64,000 nucleotides of DNA from an uncultured Kiritimatiellota bacterium (GTDB lineage: Bacteria; Verrucomicrobiota; Kiritimatiellia; RFP12; UBA1067), in assembly GCA_934643865.1 (NCBI GenBank), contig CAKUCX010000008.1, forward strand, positions 2,125-66,124. The letters are read 5' to 3'. Both the position numbers and the translations under genes were made by a program. Below are positions 27,402 through 37,149 of this stretch, piece after piece (position 1 is the stretch's first letter; each line of letters begins with the position of its first letter). The notes below the pieces were generated by a model. It saw only the letters and a list, made by a program, of their open reading frames with translations. It was not told the origin of the DNA and ran no database searches.

Positions 27402-30163
27402 TTTCCGCCTTCGACGACCTCGAAGTAGGGCGTCGCGTCTTCGAGCGCCGACGTGTCCCAGTCCAGCCGCAGGCGTCCGTCCGCGACGGAGGCCGGCATC
27501 TCCACGCCCCGCGAGCCGTCGAAGTTCACGGCGAAGACGCGCGGCGCGCGGAGCGCGCTCCTGATCGAGAAGCGGAAGCGCCCCGTCTTCATCAGCGTCT
27601 CGTAGCCGCCCGCCTCAAGCTGGGCGTCGGACGAGCATTCCCAGCCCGCGCGCGTCCAGCGCGCGTTCTCCGCCGCGAACGCCGTCGCGACGATGACGAG
27701 CAGCCGCCGGCTCGCGGCGACGGGCGCGGCGGCGTCGAGCGAGATCGCGAGGATGCTCGCGGGCGTCGAGACGCGCTCGACCGCAAGCGCGGAGAGCGTC
27801 GCCTGCGCGGCGTCCGGCTTCAGGGCGGCGGCCTGGAAGCGCGGCGCGTCGACCGTCATCGTCTCGCGCGCGACGTCCGTCACGATCTCGCCCGTGTCGC
27901 TCTCGTAGAGGCCCTTCTCCGGGTCCGTCCGGTTGCCGGCGCCGAGGATGCCCGCGCGGCGCAGCGCGGCGAACGACGCGGCGCGGTGGGCGCTGTTCCG
28001 CCGCACCTGCTCGTTCAGTTCCGCCCAGGCGTCCTTCATCGCGACGCCGACGAAGCTCTCGGGCACGAGGTCGAGGTCGGCGAGCGGGTTGCGCGCGCGC
28101 GCGTAGTCGCCGCCGACGCGCGTCACGAACGACAGCGCGTTGTGCGCGCTGCCGATGGCGCCGACGTAGGCGCGCGACGCGAGCACGCGCTCCGGCACGT
28201 GGACGCTCACCGCGTGGCGCCCGGGCGCGATGTCGCCGCGCTGCCAGCCGAACGCCGCCGCCACCGAGGCGACACGCGCCATCGGGTTCATGCCGCCGTC
28301 GAAGCTGAACGGGCCGAACGGCGCGTAGACCTTCCACTGGACGAGGTTCGCGTGCGGCGTCACGAGCTGCCAGTCCTGCAGGGCCGCGCCGGCCGTCAGC
28401 ACGACCGGCTCCTCCTGCGCGTAGCGGCTCGCGCCGCAGTGCGAGACCTCCGTGACGAGCAGGGGCTTGCCGAGGACGCGCGTCATCGACGCATGGGAGA
28501 TGTAGTTGTTGTAGCAGATCGAGCTGCGGCGCGAGACGGTCTGCATCATGCCGTCGCACCACGGCTCCAGCAGGTTCTTGGCGTGCTCGCCCTTCGGGAG
28601 CGGGGCGCGGTTGGGGTGCGCGTGGTAGGGGTGGATCGCGACGGCGCCGTAGTCCCTGCGCGCGTCCCCTTCGAGGTTGCGCATCGACATGTCCCAGTGG
28701 GTGACGAGCCCCTTCCAACCGCTCGCCCGCACCGTGCCGAGGAAGAACGCATTCAGCTTCGCGATCTCGCCGCGCACGAACGCGCGGGCCTTGTCGCCGT
28801 GCGGCGACGCCTCCAGCAGCAGGCCATACGAGAATTCCGGCATGTCGGCCCCGAAGGCCGCGCGGAAGCGCGGCGTGAAGTCGGCGAGCCGGCGCGTGTC
28901 GCCGCCGTTGCCGCCGAAGACGTGCTCCTGCTCGTTGCGGCACGTGAGGGCGAAGAACTGCGGGTCGTCGATCGGCCGCCTGCCCGTGTAGGGGTTCGGG
29001 GTGAGCATGAGGAAGTCGTAGGCGGCCTTCCAGTGGTTGCGCACGCGCGCGTCGAGGAAGAGCTGCATGTTGAGGTTGGCCTTGTTCCGGCCGGCCTTCA
29101 CGTACATCGACTGCGACGTGAAGACGTCCATCATGTAGTAGATGCCGCGCGCGCGCAGCGCGGCCGTGAAGCGGTGGAAGCGGTCGAGGAAGCGCGCGTC
29201 GACCGTCTTGAGCAGGGCGTCGTACGTCTCGGGGAGCGGGCATTCCGAGACATCGACGTTGCGCACGGCGTAGAACTTCATGCCCGACTGGCCCGCGAAT
29301 CGGCTGTCGAAGAAATGGAAGCGGATGACGTTGAAGCCATAGCGGAGGATCTGGTCGGCGAGCGCGTCCATCTCCGCGTCGTCCATCTCCGCGAAGCCGT
29401 CCCAGGGGCCGCCGTAGGTGCAGTTGAAGCCCCTGAGCCGCACGCGCCGCCCCGGCGCGTTCTCGAAGCGGAGCGTGCCGTCCGCGTCCGCGACGATCCG
29501 CCCCATCGCGTCGATGTCCGCGCGCGGCAGGTACTGCGCGAGGTCGAGGACGCTCCCCTTCTTCACGTCGTAGCCGGGGATGCGCTTCGCCTTGAAGTAC
29601 TCGGGCGCGGGCGCGTTCAGCCGGAGCGGGCGCCAGTCGGGGCCGCGCACGCGGCGGACGGGGTCGACGCGCGCGAACGCCATCGGCCCGAGGGTGAGCG
29701 CCGTCCCCTTCGCGAGCGTGCCGAGCGTGAAGAACGGAAGGGAGTAGACGTTGTTCGTGACGGCCGTGCTGTCGAGATGCCACATGAGCTCGCAGCGCGT
29801 CCACGTCCCCGCCTCGAACGTCTGCTTCATCCCCTTGAAGAACGTGTACGGCGCGTGCGCGAGGGTGCAGCTGAAGGGGACCTCCGCCGCGCGGTCGGCT
29901 TTCGCCCAGAAGCGGAGGCGGTAGATCCTGTCCTGCACGGGGTTGAAGGCGGCGTTGAAGCGGACGCCGGCGGAGACGGCCGAGGCGCCGGGCTTCGGCT
30001 CGCGGGTCACGACGAACGTGAGGGCGTCCTCGCCGTCCGGCGTCCGCTCCTCAGCCGCGCGGCAGACGACGCCGCCGCTGCAGACGACGCGCGGCGCCGC
30101 GCCCAGCTGAAGCGCCGCCGCGCCCACGAAGATCCCCGCCGCCAATCCGCATGTCATCATCAT
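27398..30163 (-). CDS. secreted putative glycoside hydrolase (N-terminal CBM-like region plus TIM-barrel-like region), 921 aa
   Basis: Start reset to ATG 30163 (MMMTCGLAAGIFVGAAALQLGAAP), with GGGAGGG upstream. The upstream 236 ORF residues overlap the previous gene. ...YGFNVIRFHFFDS... and ...LLVTEVSH... resemble clan GH-A, but the function is tentative. Confidence 0.6.
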   Translation of the reverse strand: MMMTCGLAAGIFVGAAALQLGAAPRVVCSGGVVCRAAEERTPDGEDALTFVVTREPKPGASAVSAGVRFNAAFNPVQDRIYRLRFWAKADRAAEVPFSCTLAHAPYTFFKGMKQTFEAGTWTRCELMWHLDSTAVTNNVYSLPFFTLGTLAKGTALTLGPMAFARVDPVRRVRGPDWRPLRLNAPAPEYFKAKRIPGYDVKKGSVLDLAQYLPRADIDAMGRIVADADGTLRFENAPGRRVRLRGFNCTYGGPWDGFAEMDDAEMDALADQILRYGFNVIRFHFFDSRFAGQSGMKFYAVRNVDVSECPLPETYDALLKTVDARFLDRFHRFTAALRARGIYYMMDVFTSQSMYVKAGRNKANLNMQLFLDARVRNHWKAAYDFLMLTPNPYTGRRPIDDPQFFALTCRNEQEHVFGGNGGDTRRLADFTPRFRAAFGADMPEFSYGLLLEASPHGDKARAFVRGEIAKLNAFFLGTVRASGWKGLVTHWDMSMRNLEGDARRDYGAVAIHPYHAHPNRAPLPKGEHAKNLLEPWCDGMMQTVSRRSSICYNNYISHASMTRVLGKPLLVTEVSHCGASRYAQEEPVVLTAGAALQDWQLVTPHANLVQWKVYAPFGPFSFDGGMNPMARVASVAAAFGWQRGDIAPGRHAVSVHVPERVLASRAYVGAIGSAHNALSFVTRVGGDYARARNPLADLDLVPESFVGVAMKDAWAELNEQVRRNSAHRAASFAALRRAGILGAGNRTDPEKGLYESDTGEIVTDVARETMTVDAPRFQAAALKPDAAQATLSALAVERVSTPASILAISLDAAAPVAASRRLLVIVATAFAAENARWTRAGWECSSDAQLEAGGYETLMKTGRFRFSIRSALRAPRVFAVNFDGSRGVEMPASVADGRLRLDWDTSALEDATPYFEVVEGGK
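30091..30150 (-). repeat. copy 1 of a near-identical 53-60-nt segment encoding a signal-peptide core
   Basis: 30098-30150 matches 34305-34357 at 52/53 positions. The extended 60 nt has 2 mismatches. It encodes ..AAGIFVGAAALQLGAAP. Confidence 0.9.
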
Positions 30164-30183
30164 CGTGCCCTCCCTCTTCCTTC

Positions 30184-32667
30184 CTATCGGAAAATGAGCG
30201 CCATGCCGCCCGCCGAGACGGCGAGCGCGGCCTCCTGCCAGACGAGCCGGCGGCCCTCGACGGGAACGCCGTCCAGAAGCACCTTCCAGTCCGCGAGGGG
30301 ACTGCCCGTCGCGCTCGCCGCGAACACAAGCGGCAGCACGCCCAACGGCACCCTCCCGTCGATGCCGACCACGTTGAGCGTACCCGCCCCGGCCAGCCGC
30401 ACGCCCTTGAGCGTGCCGACGCCCGTGCCCGCCGACAGGTCGACGGCCAGCTTCGACAGCTCCTGCCGCCCCGTGACCTGCGTGCAGTCGAGCGTCGCGC
30501 CCCGGTCGACCCGCACGCACGCGGTCGGCGCAAAGCCCGCGCTCGGCCGTTCCGCGACGCAGAGCGGATAGAACGGCGTGCGGTACCAGGCCTGTCCGCC
30601 GAGGGCCTTTTGGCCGGCCTGTTCGTCCATGGCCGTCCATGTCCCGTCCTTCCCGGACGGGCTTGATTCGACCTTCCACGCCCCGGGGAAGCGTTCCTGC
30701 CAGCCGTCCCACTGGGACTTCACGTTGTAGCCCGTGACGAACGCCCCCTCCCGCGCGGGGATGCGGTACGTCGCGACGAGCCAGGTGTCCGGCGCGTCGA
30801 GGAGCGGCGCGAAGTCGAACCGGCAGCTGTTGACGGTGCTGTCCAAGAACATGGCGACCTCGGGCGCGCATTGGTAGTCGGAGCCGTGCTTCCCGTCCGG
30901 GTAGTCCCCGGCGGGCTTGTAGGCCGTCGACGAGAACATCACCTGCTTGGGCCCAAGCGCCTCGGGCGCCGTCGTGTTGGCGACCTGACTGTACGTGGAC
31001 TGGGAAGTCCCGCCGCCGTCGCAGATCGTCCCGTCCTCGCCGTAAAGCCGGAACGGACCGAGGTTCAGCTCCCTTCCGCGCACGGCCGTCTCCTTGATCG
31101 TCACGCGCCAGAATTCGTTTGTCGTACCACGCCGCGCGACGGCGAGGACGCCCGCGCGCACGTGGACGTCCGCCACCCCGGATGCAGCGTCCAGGGCGAG
31201 ATAGGACGTGCCGTCTCCAGTCTTCTCGACCTCCACGCCACCCGCCTGCAGGATGCCGTCAATGAAATCGACCGCCGCATCGTCAGCTTCCCCCGCGAGG
31301 ACGAGCCGGCCGCCGTTCACATACGTGACGGTTGCGGCGGCATCGAGGTTGGCGGCCCGCGCACGCACCGTCGCGCCGTCGAGGACAAGCGTCGTGCCGG
31401 CTGCCGCCGTGATGGACGCGAGCGAGATGGGGACATCTGCCGGGGCGAAGGACACCGTGCCCGCCGTCACCGCCAGGGCGTCGAAGGACGGCGTGTTCGT
31501 GATCGTCAGCGTGCCCGCGCCAACCTTTTCGACGTTGATTCCCGCCGTGATGTTCGGCGCGTTCAGGACGCCGTCGGGGCGCTGCGAGCCGAAGACGAGC
31601 GTCGCGGCGCGCGGGGCGCCGTTGGAGACGATCGACTGCGCGGCGGCCGTCAGCCCGTTGACCGCCTGCGCCGTGCCGTTGAGGTCGAGCCAATTGTATT
31701 CGTTGTCGCCGTCGAGAACCACGTCGCCGCCGTCCGCACGGCACGGCAGCGCATTCTTTTCGGAACAGGTGAGGCACATGAAGGAGGACAGGCGCAGATG
31801 GCCCGTGTGCCCCCAGGAGAAGGCCGAAGCCCCCAGCTTCCAGCCGAAGTGGTGCTCCTTCCCCGTCGCGGAATGGACGACGACATCGCCCGCGCCCGCC
31901 GTCTTCACGAGGCCCTCCGTCGGCTCCGTGCGAGGATTGCCGTACTTGTAGCCGAGCGTGATCGGCCGCCCGTCCACGCTTTCAAGAATCAGCGCGCGCC
32001 CCTTCGTGGACGAAAGGCGCCTGCTCGCGCCATAGCCGTTGTTGTCCGACAGGAAGCCGCCGTTGAAGAGGATGCGCGCGTCGCAGTTCGAGCTGAGATT
32101 CTGGATGCGGTCGGAGTTTTGGTTCTGAAAGAGCGCGCCGTTCGGATCAAGCCGGATGATGTCGAGGACGCCCGATTCGGCCGCCGCATCTGCGGGAACG
32201 ACGATGTCGCCGCAGAAAAGGTGGTGGGCCGTCGCGTCGCAGAACCGGTCGTGGGCGCTCGTCGCGACGTCCGCGACGTCGACATCCCACGTAAAGACCT
32301 CTCCCGTCGTGGGGTTCTGCCAAAACCTGCGGCGCTTGCCGCCGAGCGTGACACATCCCGTCCCCCCTCCCCCGATCGTAAGCGGGCGGGCTTTCATGGT
32401 GATCTGCCCCCAGTCGCCAACCGTCACCGTCGCCGCGTCGCCCGCCGCGCCGCCGACGGCGAGTGCCTCCGTGACGGTCAAGACGACAGGCGCGTCCTTC
32501 GTGCCGCCCGCGACGGCGAGCGCGCCGTGGACGGCGACGGCGGAATGCGTCCGGGAAGCCGCGATGGCCAACGTCTCGCCCTGCGCAACCGTCAACGGCT
32601 CGGCCACATCCGCACGGACGGCGCAGGCGGCGGCAAGAGCCGCCATCAACAACGACATGTTCTTCAT
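30184..32667 (-). CDS. large secreted PATR/beta-helix surface protein with a discoidin-like C-terminal region, 827 aa
   Basis: Start reset to ATG 32667 (MKNMSLLMAALAAACAVRA), with GGAGG upstream. PATR-like ...VEKVGAGTLTITNTPSF... is present. The protein ends ...AGGMALIFR. Confidence 0.75.
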   Translation of the reverse strand: MKNMSLLMAALAAACAVRADVAEPLTVAQGETLAIAASRTHSAVAVHGALAVAGGTKDAPVVLTVTEALAVGGAAGDAATVTVGDWGQITMKARPLTIGGGGTGCVTLGGKRRRFWQNPTTGEVFTWDVDVADVATSAHDRFCDATAHHLFCGDIVVPADAAAESGVLDIIRLDPNGALFQNQNSDRIQNLSSNCDARILFNGGFLSDNNGYGASRRLSSTKGRALILESVDGRPITLGYKYGNPRTEPTEGLVKTAGAGDVVVHSATGKEHHFGWKLGASAFSWGHTGHLRLSSFMCLTCSEKNALPCRADGGDVVLDGDNEYNWLDLNGTAQAVNGLTAAAQSIVSNGAPRAATLVFGSQRPDGVLNAPNITAGINVEKVGAGTLTITNTPSFDALAVTAGTVSFAPADVPISLASITAAAGTTLVLDGATVRARAANLDAAATVTYVNGGRLVLAGEADDAAVDFIDGILQAGGVEVEKTGDGTSYLALDAASGVADVHVRAGVLAVARRGTTNEFWRVTIKETAVRGRELNLGPFRLYGEDGTICDGGGTSQSTYSQVANTTAPEALGPKQVMFSSTAYKPAGDYPDGKHGSDYQCAPEVAMFLDSTVNSCRFDFAPLLDAPDTWLVATYRIPAREGAFVTGYNVKSQWDGWQERFPGAWKVESSPSGKDGTWTAMDEQAGQKALGGQAWYRTPFYPLCVAERPSAGFAPTACVRVDRGATLDCTQVTGRQELSKLAVDLSAGTGVGTLKGVRLAGAGTLNVVGIDGRVPLGVLPLVFAASATGSPLADWKVLLDGVPVEGRRLVWQEAALAVSAGGMALIFR

Positions 32668-32699
32668 GGGACTGCCTCCAAGGTTTTGAGCGTGAAACG

Positions 32700-34367
32700 T
32701 CAGGACGTGTGATCGGCCAGCTCCAGAAGGACGCATGCCGAAGCCTCCATGCAGTTCAGCCAGTCGTAGGTCGCCGCGCCCAGCCAGTCGTTCGACCAGA
32801 ACGTGGGGAGGCGCCCGTCGGGCTGCACCTCCCGCGTCATCTGGTCGCCCAGCACGCGCGCCTTGGCAAGATCCGTCGCGTTGCCCGTCGCTCGCCACAT
32901 CGCGAGATAGGCCCGGATCAGCTTCGCGGCCGATGCGTCGATCGAGACGTAGCAGCTGTACTGCTCGAAGACAGACGGATAGTCGTAGCCGCCGGGGCGG
33001 AACAGCGCCGGGCATTCCCCGCGCGCCGCCCCGCCCGGCTTCGGGATCGCCTCGTCCCTGGCGCACGGCGCCTCCCAGAAGACGAACTGGTCTTCGCTGA
33101 AGCGGAGGAGGTCGCGCGCCAGCGCCATCTTCTCCGCGCTCACGGGCCGCCGCCGCAGGATCTCCAGCATGCCGTCGAGCGCGTTGTGCTTCGTGAGGCC
33201 CTGGTACGGCGGCTTCGGCTCGATGTCCTCGAACTGGCCGTCCCAGTTCATCGTCCTGAACGGCCCCCTCTCCAGAAAGGCGAAGCAGTCGTCGGCGAGC
33301 TGCCGCCAGCGCGCGTCGCCCGTCGCCTCGGCAAGCGCCGCCGCGAAGGGCAGCAGCTGCGACGGCACGAGGGCGTTGCGCCCGACGGACGCGCCCGTCG
33401 CAAGCACCATCTTGAGCGGCCAGCTGCCGTCCGCGCGCCGCACGCGCACGTACGTCTCGGCGATGCGGACGGCCGCGTCGAGAAAGCGGCGCTCCCCCGT
33501 CGCGCGGAAGTAGGCGACGAACGCATGGCCCACGGCGGCGGGATAGCACAGCATCACCTCGCGGCGGTACTTGGCGGCCCCTTCGGGATCGTTGCCGACC
33601 ATCGCCTTGCGCGCCCCGCCGCCGTCCGCCTTCAGGCCGCCGCGCAGCGGCCGGCGCCCGTAGGTCGGCGGCCAGTGCGCGAGGGGCGCGCCGGCGGGTT
33701 CAAGCTCGCGCAGCAGAAGCTCCGCCGACGCCGCGGCGAAGCGCATCGCCTGCGCGCGGCTTTCCGGCATCTTCCGCGCCCACGCGAGCATGGCCGTGAT
33801 GTGCGCGGCGTGCGTCTTCGAGACGTAGGCGTTGTGCTGGTAGCCCTGCTCGGGCTCGCCCGTCTCGACAAGCGTGCGCATCGCGGGCAGCGCGGTCATG
33901 TAGGCGAAGATTCTGCGCGCCGCCTCGCGGTAGGGCATCGCGGCGGGCGGGAAGGCGACGTCCTCGAAGCGCGCCGTCTTCGTGAACCTGCGCATCTGCG
34001 GCGCGCCGCGCGCCGCGCCGTCGGCCGCATGCGCCGTGCAGGTCACCGACCAGCCCGTCCCCTTCGCCATCTCGGGCCAGAACGCGACGAGCGACACCTC
34101 CGGGCGGGCGGCGGCGCAGGCGCGCGTCCAGTCGCCGCGGCGGATCTCGAAGCGGTAGCGCGCGGCGCCGGGAACCGCGTCGAAGGAAAGGACGGGCGGC
34201 GCGCGGAAGAGCGTCGCGTAGTCGTTCCAGAACGGCACGCCCTTCTCCGCGCTTCCCGGCCGAATCGGCGTGCGGTCGCCTTCTGCGGACGGCGCCGGCG
34301 GCGTCGCGCCCAGCTGAAGCGCCGCCGCGCCCACGAAGATCCTCGCCGCCAATCCGCCGCGCCGCAT
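32700..34367 (-). CDS. secreted hypothetical protein (possibly alpha/alpha-toroid lyase/hydrolase-like), 555 aa
   Basis: Start reset to ATG 34367 (MRRGGLAARIFVGAAALQLGATPP), with GAGGGGG upstream. The upstream ORF portion overlaps the GH127-like gene in another frame. Function was not recognised. Confidence 0.6.
   Translation of the reverse strand: MRRGGLAARIFVGAAALQLGATPPAPSAEGDRTPIRPGSAEKGVPFWNDYATLFRAPPVLSFDAVPGAARYRFEIRRGDWTRACAAARPEVSLVAFWPEMAKGTGWSVTCTAHAADGAARGAPQMRRFTKTARFEDVAFPPAAMPYREAARRIFAYMTALPAMRTLVETGEPEQGYQHNAYVSKTHAAHITAMLAWARKMPESRAQAMRFAAASAELLLRELEPAGAPLAHWPPTYGRRPLRGGLKADGGGARKAMVGNDPEGAAKYRREVMLCYPAAVGHAFVAYFRATGERRFLDAAVRIAETYVRVRRADGSWPLKMVLATGASVGRNALVPSQLLPFAAALAEATGDARWRQLADDCFAFLERGPFRTMNWDGQFEDIEPKPPYQGLTKHNALDGMLEILRRRPVSAEKMALARDLLRFSEDQFVFWEAPCARDEAIPKPGGAARGECPALFRPGGYDYPSVFEQYSCYVSIDASAAKLIRAYLAMWRATGNATDLAKARVLGDQMTREVQPDGRLPTFWSNDWLGAATYDWLNCMEASACVLLELADHTS
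34298..34357 (-). repeat. copy 2 of the signal-peptide-coding repeat
   Basis: See 30091-30150. The one core mismatch (30136 c versus 34343 t) changes Gly to Arg. Confidence 0.9.
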
Positions 34368-34387
34368 CTCCCGCCCCCTCACGTGCG

Positions 34388-36328
34388 TCAGAACCAGATC
34401 GAAAAGAGGTCGCCGCCCTCGCCGCACGGCACGTCCGTGCCGCTCGCGAAGTCGCAGACCGTCGCCTTGACCGTCGGTGCGCCCGGCTTCGTCAGTTCGA
34501 GGTCCCAGCTCCCCCACACGGGGCCGGCCGGCGCGCGCGGCGTCAGCTTCGCGCGGTAGCCCTTGCCGTTCACGGTGAACGCCTCGTTGATCTCGGCCCT
34601 CGTGCAGCCGACGAGGCGCGACTTCGCGAGGACGAGCGGCCCCCACATCACCGTGGCGGCCGGCGTCGTGCGGTAGCCGTCCGTGAGGTCGCGGTTCAGG
34701 CTCCCGTGGTCGGGATAGCGTCTGAAGGCCCAGATCTTGCGGTCGGGCCTGTTCAGCTCCGGCACCGTCTCCAGGCGGTCGACGACGCGCGCGTTCATGT
34801 CGAAGGCGAGCGTGTAGACCTGCGGCGCCGACGCCGCGTCCGCGCCGGCCGCCGCCACCTTCCGCACGTCCATCGCCGGGCACCAGCCCGGGCGGCGGAA
34901 CGCGACCTTCGCCGCCGGGTCCGACACCCTGACGGTGACGACGCTCCCGACCGGGTAGTTGCCCTCGATGGCGAACGTCACGCCGTCGAGCGTGACGGCC
35001 GCGTCCTGGTAGAGGTTCACGTGGAAGACGCCCGCGCGGTCGCGCGTGACCGTCGCCTGCGCGACGTCCATGAACGTGCGCGGCAGGTTGTTCACGCAGC
35101 AGTGGTTGTAGGCGTAGCCGCACTGGCCGCGCTGCTCCGAGTGGCGACCGTGGCCGCGCAGGAAGAACGGGCCGAAGGCGCCGCCGCGCCAGATGCCGGC
35201 GAGGTAGCCGTTGAAGTAGGCCGCCTCCACCGCGTCGAGGTACTTCTTGTCGCCGGTCACGAGGAAGAGGTCGACGTTCAGGCGGATCCAGTGGATGACG
35301 TCGCAGACCTCGTTCAGGGCGTTGCAGTACTGCGGCGCGCCGATGAGCTTGTCGCCGAAGCCGACGGCGCCGAACGGGTTGGCGTCGGTCTTCGCGAGGT
35401 TGTCGCGGACGCGGCGCGCCGTTTCGAGGCAGCGCGCCTCGCCCGTCGCGCGGTAGTATTCGACGAGCCCGTCCACGCAGCTCAGGAACTCGTATGTCTT
35501 CGCCCAGCTCTCGGGCTTCGGATACCAGGCGTGGAGCGGGCCGGCCTTGGGCGCGTTGCGGAAGAAGTTCGGGCACTGCCCGTCCGCGCGGTCCCAGTCG
35601 GCGAGCATCTCGGTGGCGTAGTCGAGGTATTTCCGGTTCCCGGTTTCCTCCCAGAGCATGACGAGCGGTTTGAGGATCGACATCGAGGGGAGGCCGTTCA
35701 TCGAGCCCGCGCCCGTCTCGTGGAGCCGCAGGCCAAGGCGGCGGAGCATGTCGATGAGCTGGTTCATCTGCCGCTCGACCGAGGCGAGGATCGCCCGGTC
35801 GCCCGTCGCCTTGTAGGCCATGAGCATGCCCCACATGCAGTACTTGCGGTTCCAGATGTTCCAGACGGGCATCCAGCCGTAGATCTTCTTCGTCGCCTCC
35901 GGGTCCTTGATCCAGACGAGCTCCTTGTCCTTGTACGAGCCGAGGTAGCCGTCGGGGTCCTCCAGCGCGATCATGCGCCGGCACTCCTCGGCGACGAAGC
36001 GCTTCACCGCCGGGTCGTCGAGGTAGTCGGCGACGCGCGCGGCGCCCAGCATGAGCTTGCCCCAGAACTCGCCGCGCCAGACGCCGCCGTGGCCGCGCGC
36101 GTCGTCGTCGCGCTCCACGAACGCGCGCCGCGCCTCGGCGAAGACGTTCTCCTGCGCGAATTTCGAGGTGACACGCGCGCGGAAGAGGTCGTCCATCTTC
36201 TCGGCCGGCCGGCCCCGGAGGCGCACGTCCCGCAGGCGGGGCGTCTCCATCGCGTCAGGCACCGGCGCCGCGCCCAGCTGGAACACCGCCGCTGCGGCGA
36301 AGACGGCCGCCCATGTACGTTTCTTCAT
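34388..36328 (-). CDS. GH127/DUF1680 family (beta-L-arabinofuranosidase-like) glycoside hydrolase
   Basis: Signal peptide MKKRTWAAVFAAAAVFQLGAAP. ...GGVWRGEFWGKLMLGAARV... is characteristic of DUF1680. Confidence 0.75.
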   Translation of the reverse strand: MKKRTWAAVFAAAAVFQLGAAPVPDAMETPRLRDVRLRGRPAEKMDDLFRARVTSKFAQENVFAEARRAFVERDDDARGHGGVWRGEFWGKLMLGAARVADYLDDPAVKRFVAEECRRMIALEDPDGYLGSYKDKELVWIKDPEATKKIYGWMPVWNIWNRKYCMWGMLMAYKATGDRAILASVERQMNQLIDMLRRLGLRLHETGAGSMNGLPSMSILKPLVMLWEETGNRKYLDYATEMLADWDRADGQCPNFFRNAPKAGPLHAWYPKPESWAKTYEFLSCVDGLVEYYRATGEARCLETARRVRDNLAKTDANPFGAVGFGDKLIGAPQYCNALNEVCDVIHWIRLNVDLFLVTGDKKYLDAVEAAYFNGYLAGIWRGGAFGPFFLRGHGRHSEQRGQCGYAYNHCCVNNLPRTFMDVAQATVTRDRAGVFHVNLYQDAAVTLDGVTFAIEGNYPVGSVVTVRVSDPAAKVAFRRPGWCPAMDVRKVAAAGADAASAPQVYTLAFDMNARVVDRLETVPELNRPDRKIWAFRRYPDHGSLNRDLTDGYRTTPAATVMWGPLVLAKSRLVGCTRAEINEAFTVNGKGYRAKLTPRAPAGPVWGSWDLELTKPGAPTVKATVCDFASGTDVPCGEGGDLFSIWF

Positions 36329-36352
36329 GCCATCTCCTTTTTCACGTTGACG

Positions 36353-37129
36353 TCAAGCCGGGCTCTCGGCGTCGGCGGCCGCGGAATGGTAGATCCGGTG
36401 CGCCTGATAGATCGCGAGGAGGGCGAAGAGGGCGATCATCATTTCGCCGCCCTCCTCCAGGGCCGTGAAGAGGGAGGAGACCGAATCGACCGTATCGGAT
36501 TTCGAAAGCCCGCGCACATGGCGGATCCACGCCGGCATCCGGTCGCAGAGCTGCACCATCACGCCGGATGTGCCGAAGCAGCACATCGTCCACGCGACGG
36601 GGTGGAGCGCGAAGAAGCCCTTCACGAGCTGCGGGAAGAAGTACGCGAGCAGGACCGCGAAGACGCCGAAGAACGCCCCGAAGTAGAAGACGACGAACGC
36701 CTTCGCCGCAAGCGGCGCCCCGGCGTTCGTGAGGAAGCGCATCTTGAAGGGCGTGCCCGTGAGCGCCGTGCCGTCCGGCTTCACGAGGCCATGTACGCTG
36801 CCGTTCGCGTTCACCACCTCGGGGAACAGCGCCTTGATGGCCATCAGGTGCAGGTCCATCTCCTTGACGACGGCCATGACGGCGACGCAGGAGACGGCCG
36901 CGCAGAGGAGCGCCCGCCGGCGCGGCGAGCCCGTGAACGGACACTTCCACCAGACGAGCGGCACGATCGCCGCATAGAACGGCAGCGTCGCGAGCTCGAA
37001 GGGCGAGTAGCCGTCCGCATCGAAGAAGCTGCGGAGTGCCGCCGGCTCCATCGCCGTCCACGTCGCGAGGAGCGCGAGCAGGCAAAGGACGAAGAGGATG
37101 GGGGCGACGAGGTAGGGCTTGAGTTTCAT
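36353..37129 (-). CDS. integral membrane protein of unknown function, about 258 aa
   Basis: There are 6-7 hydrophobic segments. ATG 37129 is preceded by AGAGGAGA. An alternative ATG at 37153 overlaps the ligase stop (ATGA). Confidence 0.65.
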   Translation of the reverse strand: MKLKPYLVAPILFVLCLLALLATWTAMEPAALRSFFDADGYSPFELATLPFYAAIVPLVWWKCPFTGSPRRRALLCAAVSCVAVMAVVKEMDLHLMAIKALFPEVVNANGSVHGLVKPDGTALTGTPFKMRFLTNAGAPLAAKAFVVFYFGAFFGVFAVLLAYFFPQLVKGFFALHPVAWTMCCFGTSGVMVQLCDRMPAWIRHVRGLSKSDTVDSVSSLFTALEEGGEMMIALFALLAIYQAHRIYHSAAADAESPA

Positions 37130-37149
37130 GTCCGTATTCTCCTCTCTGT

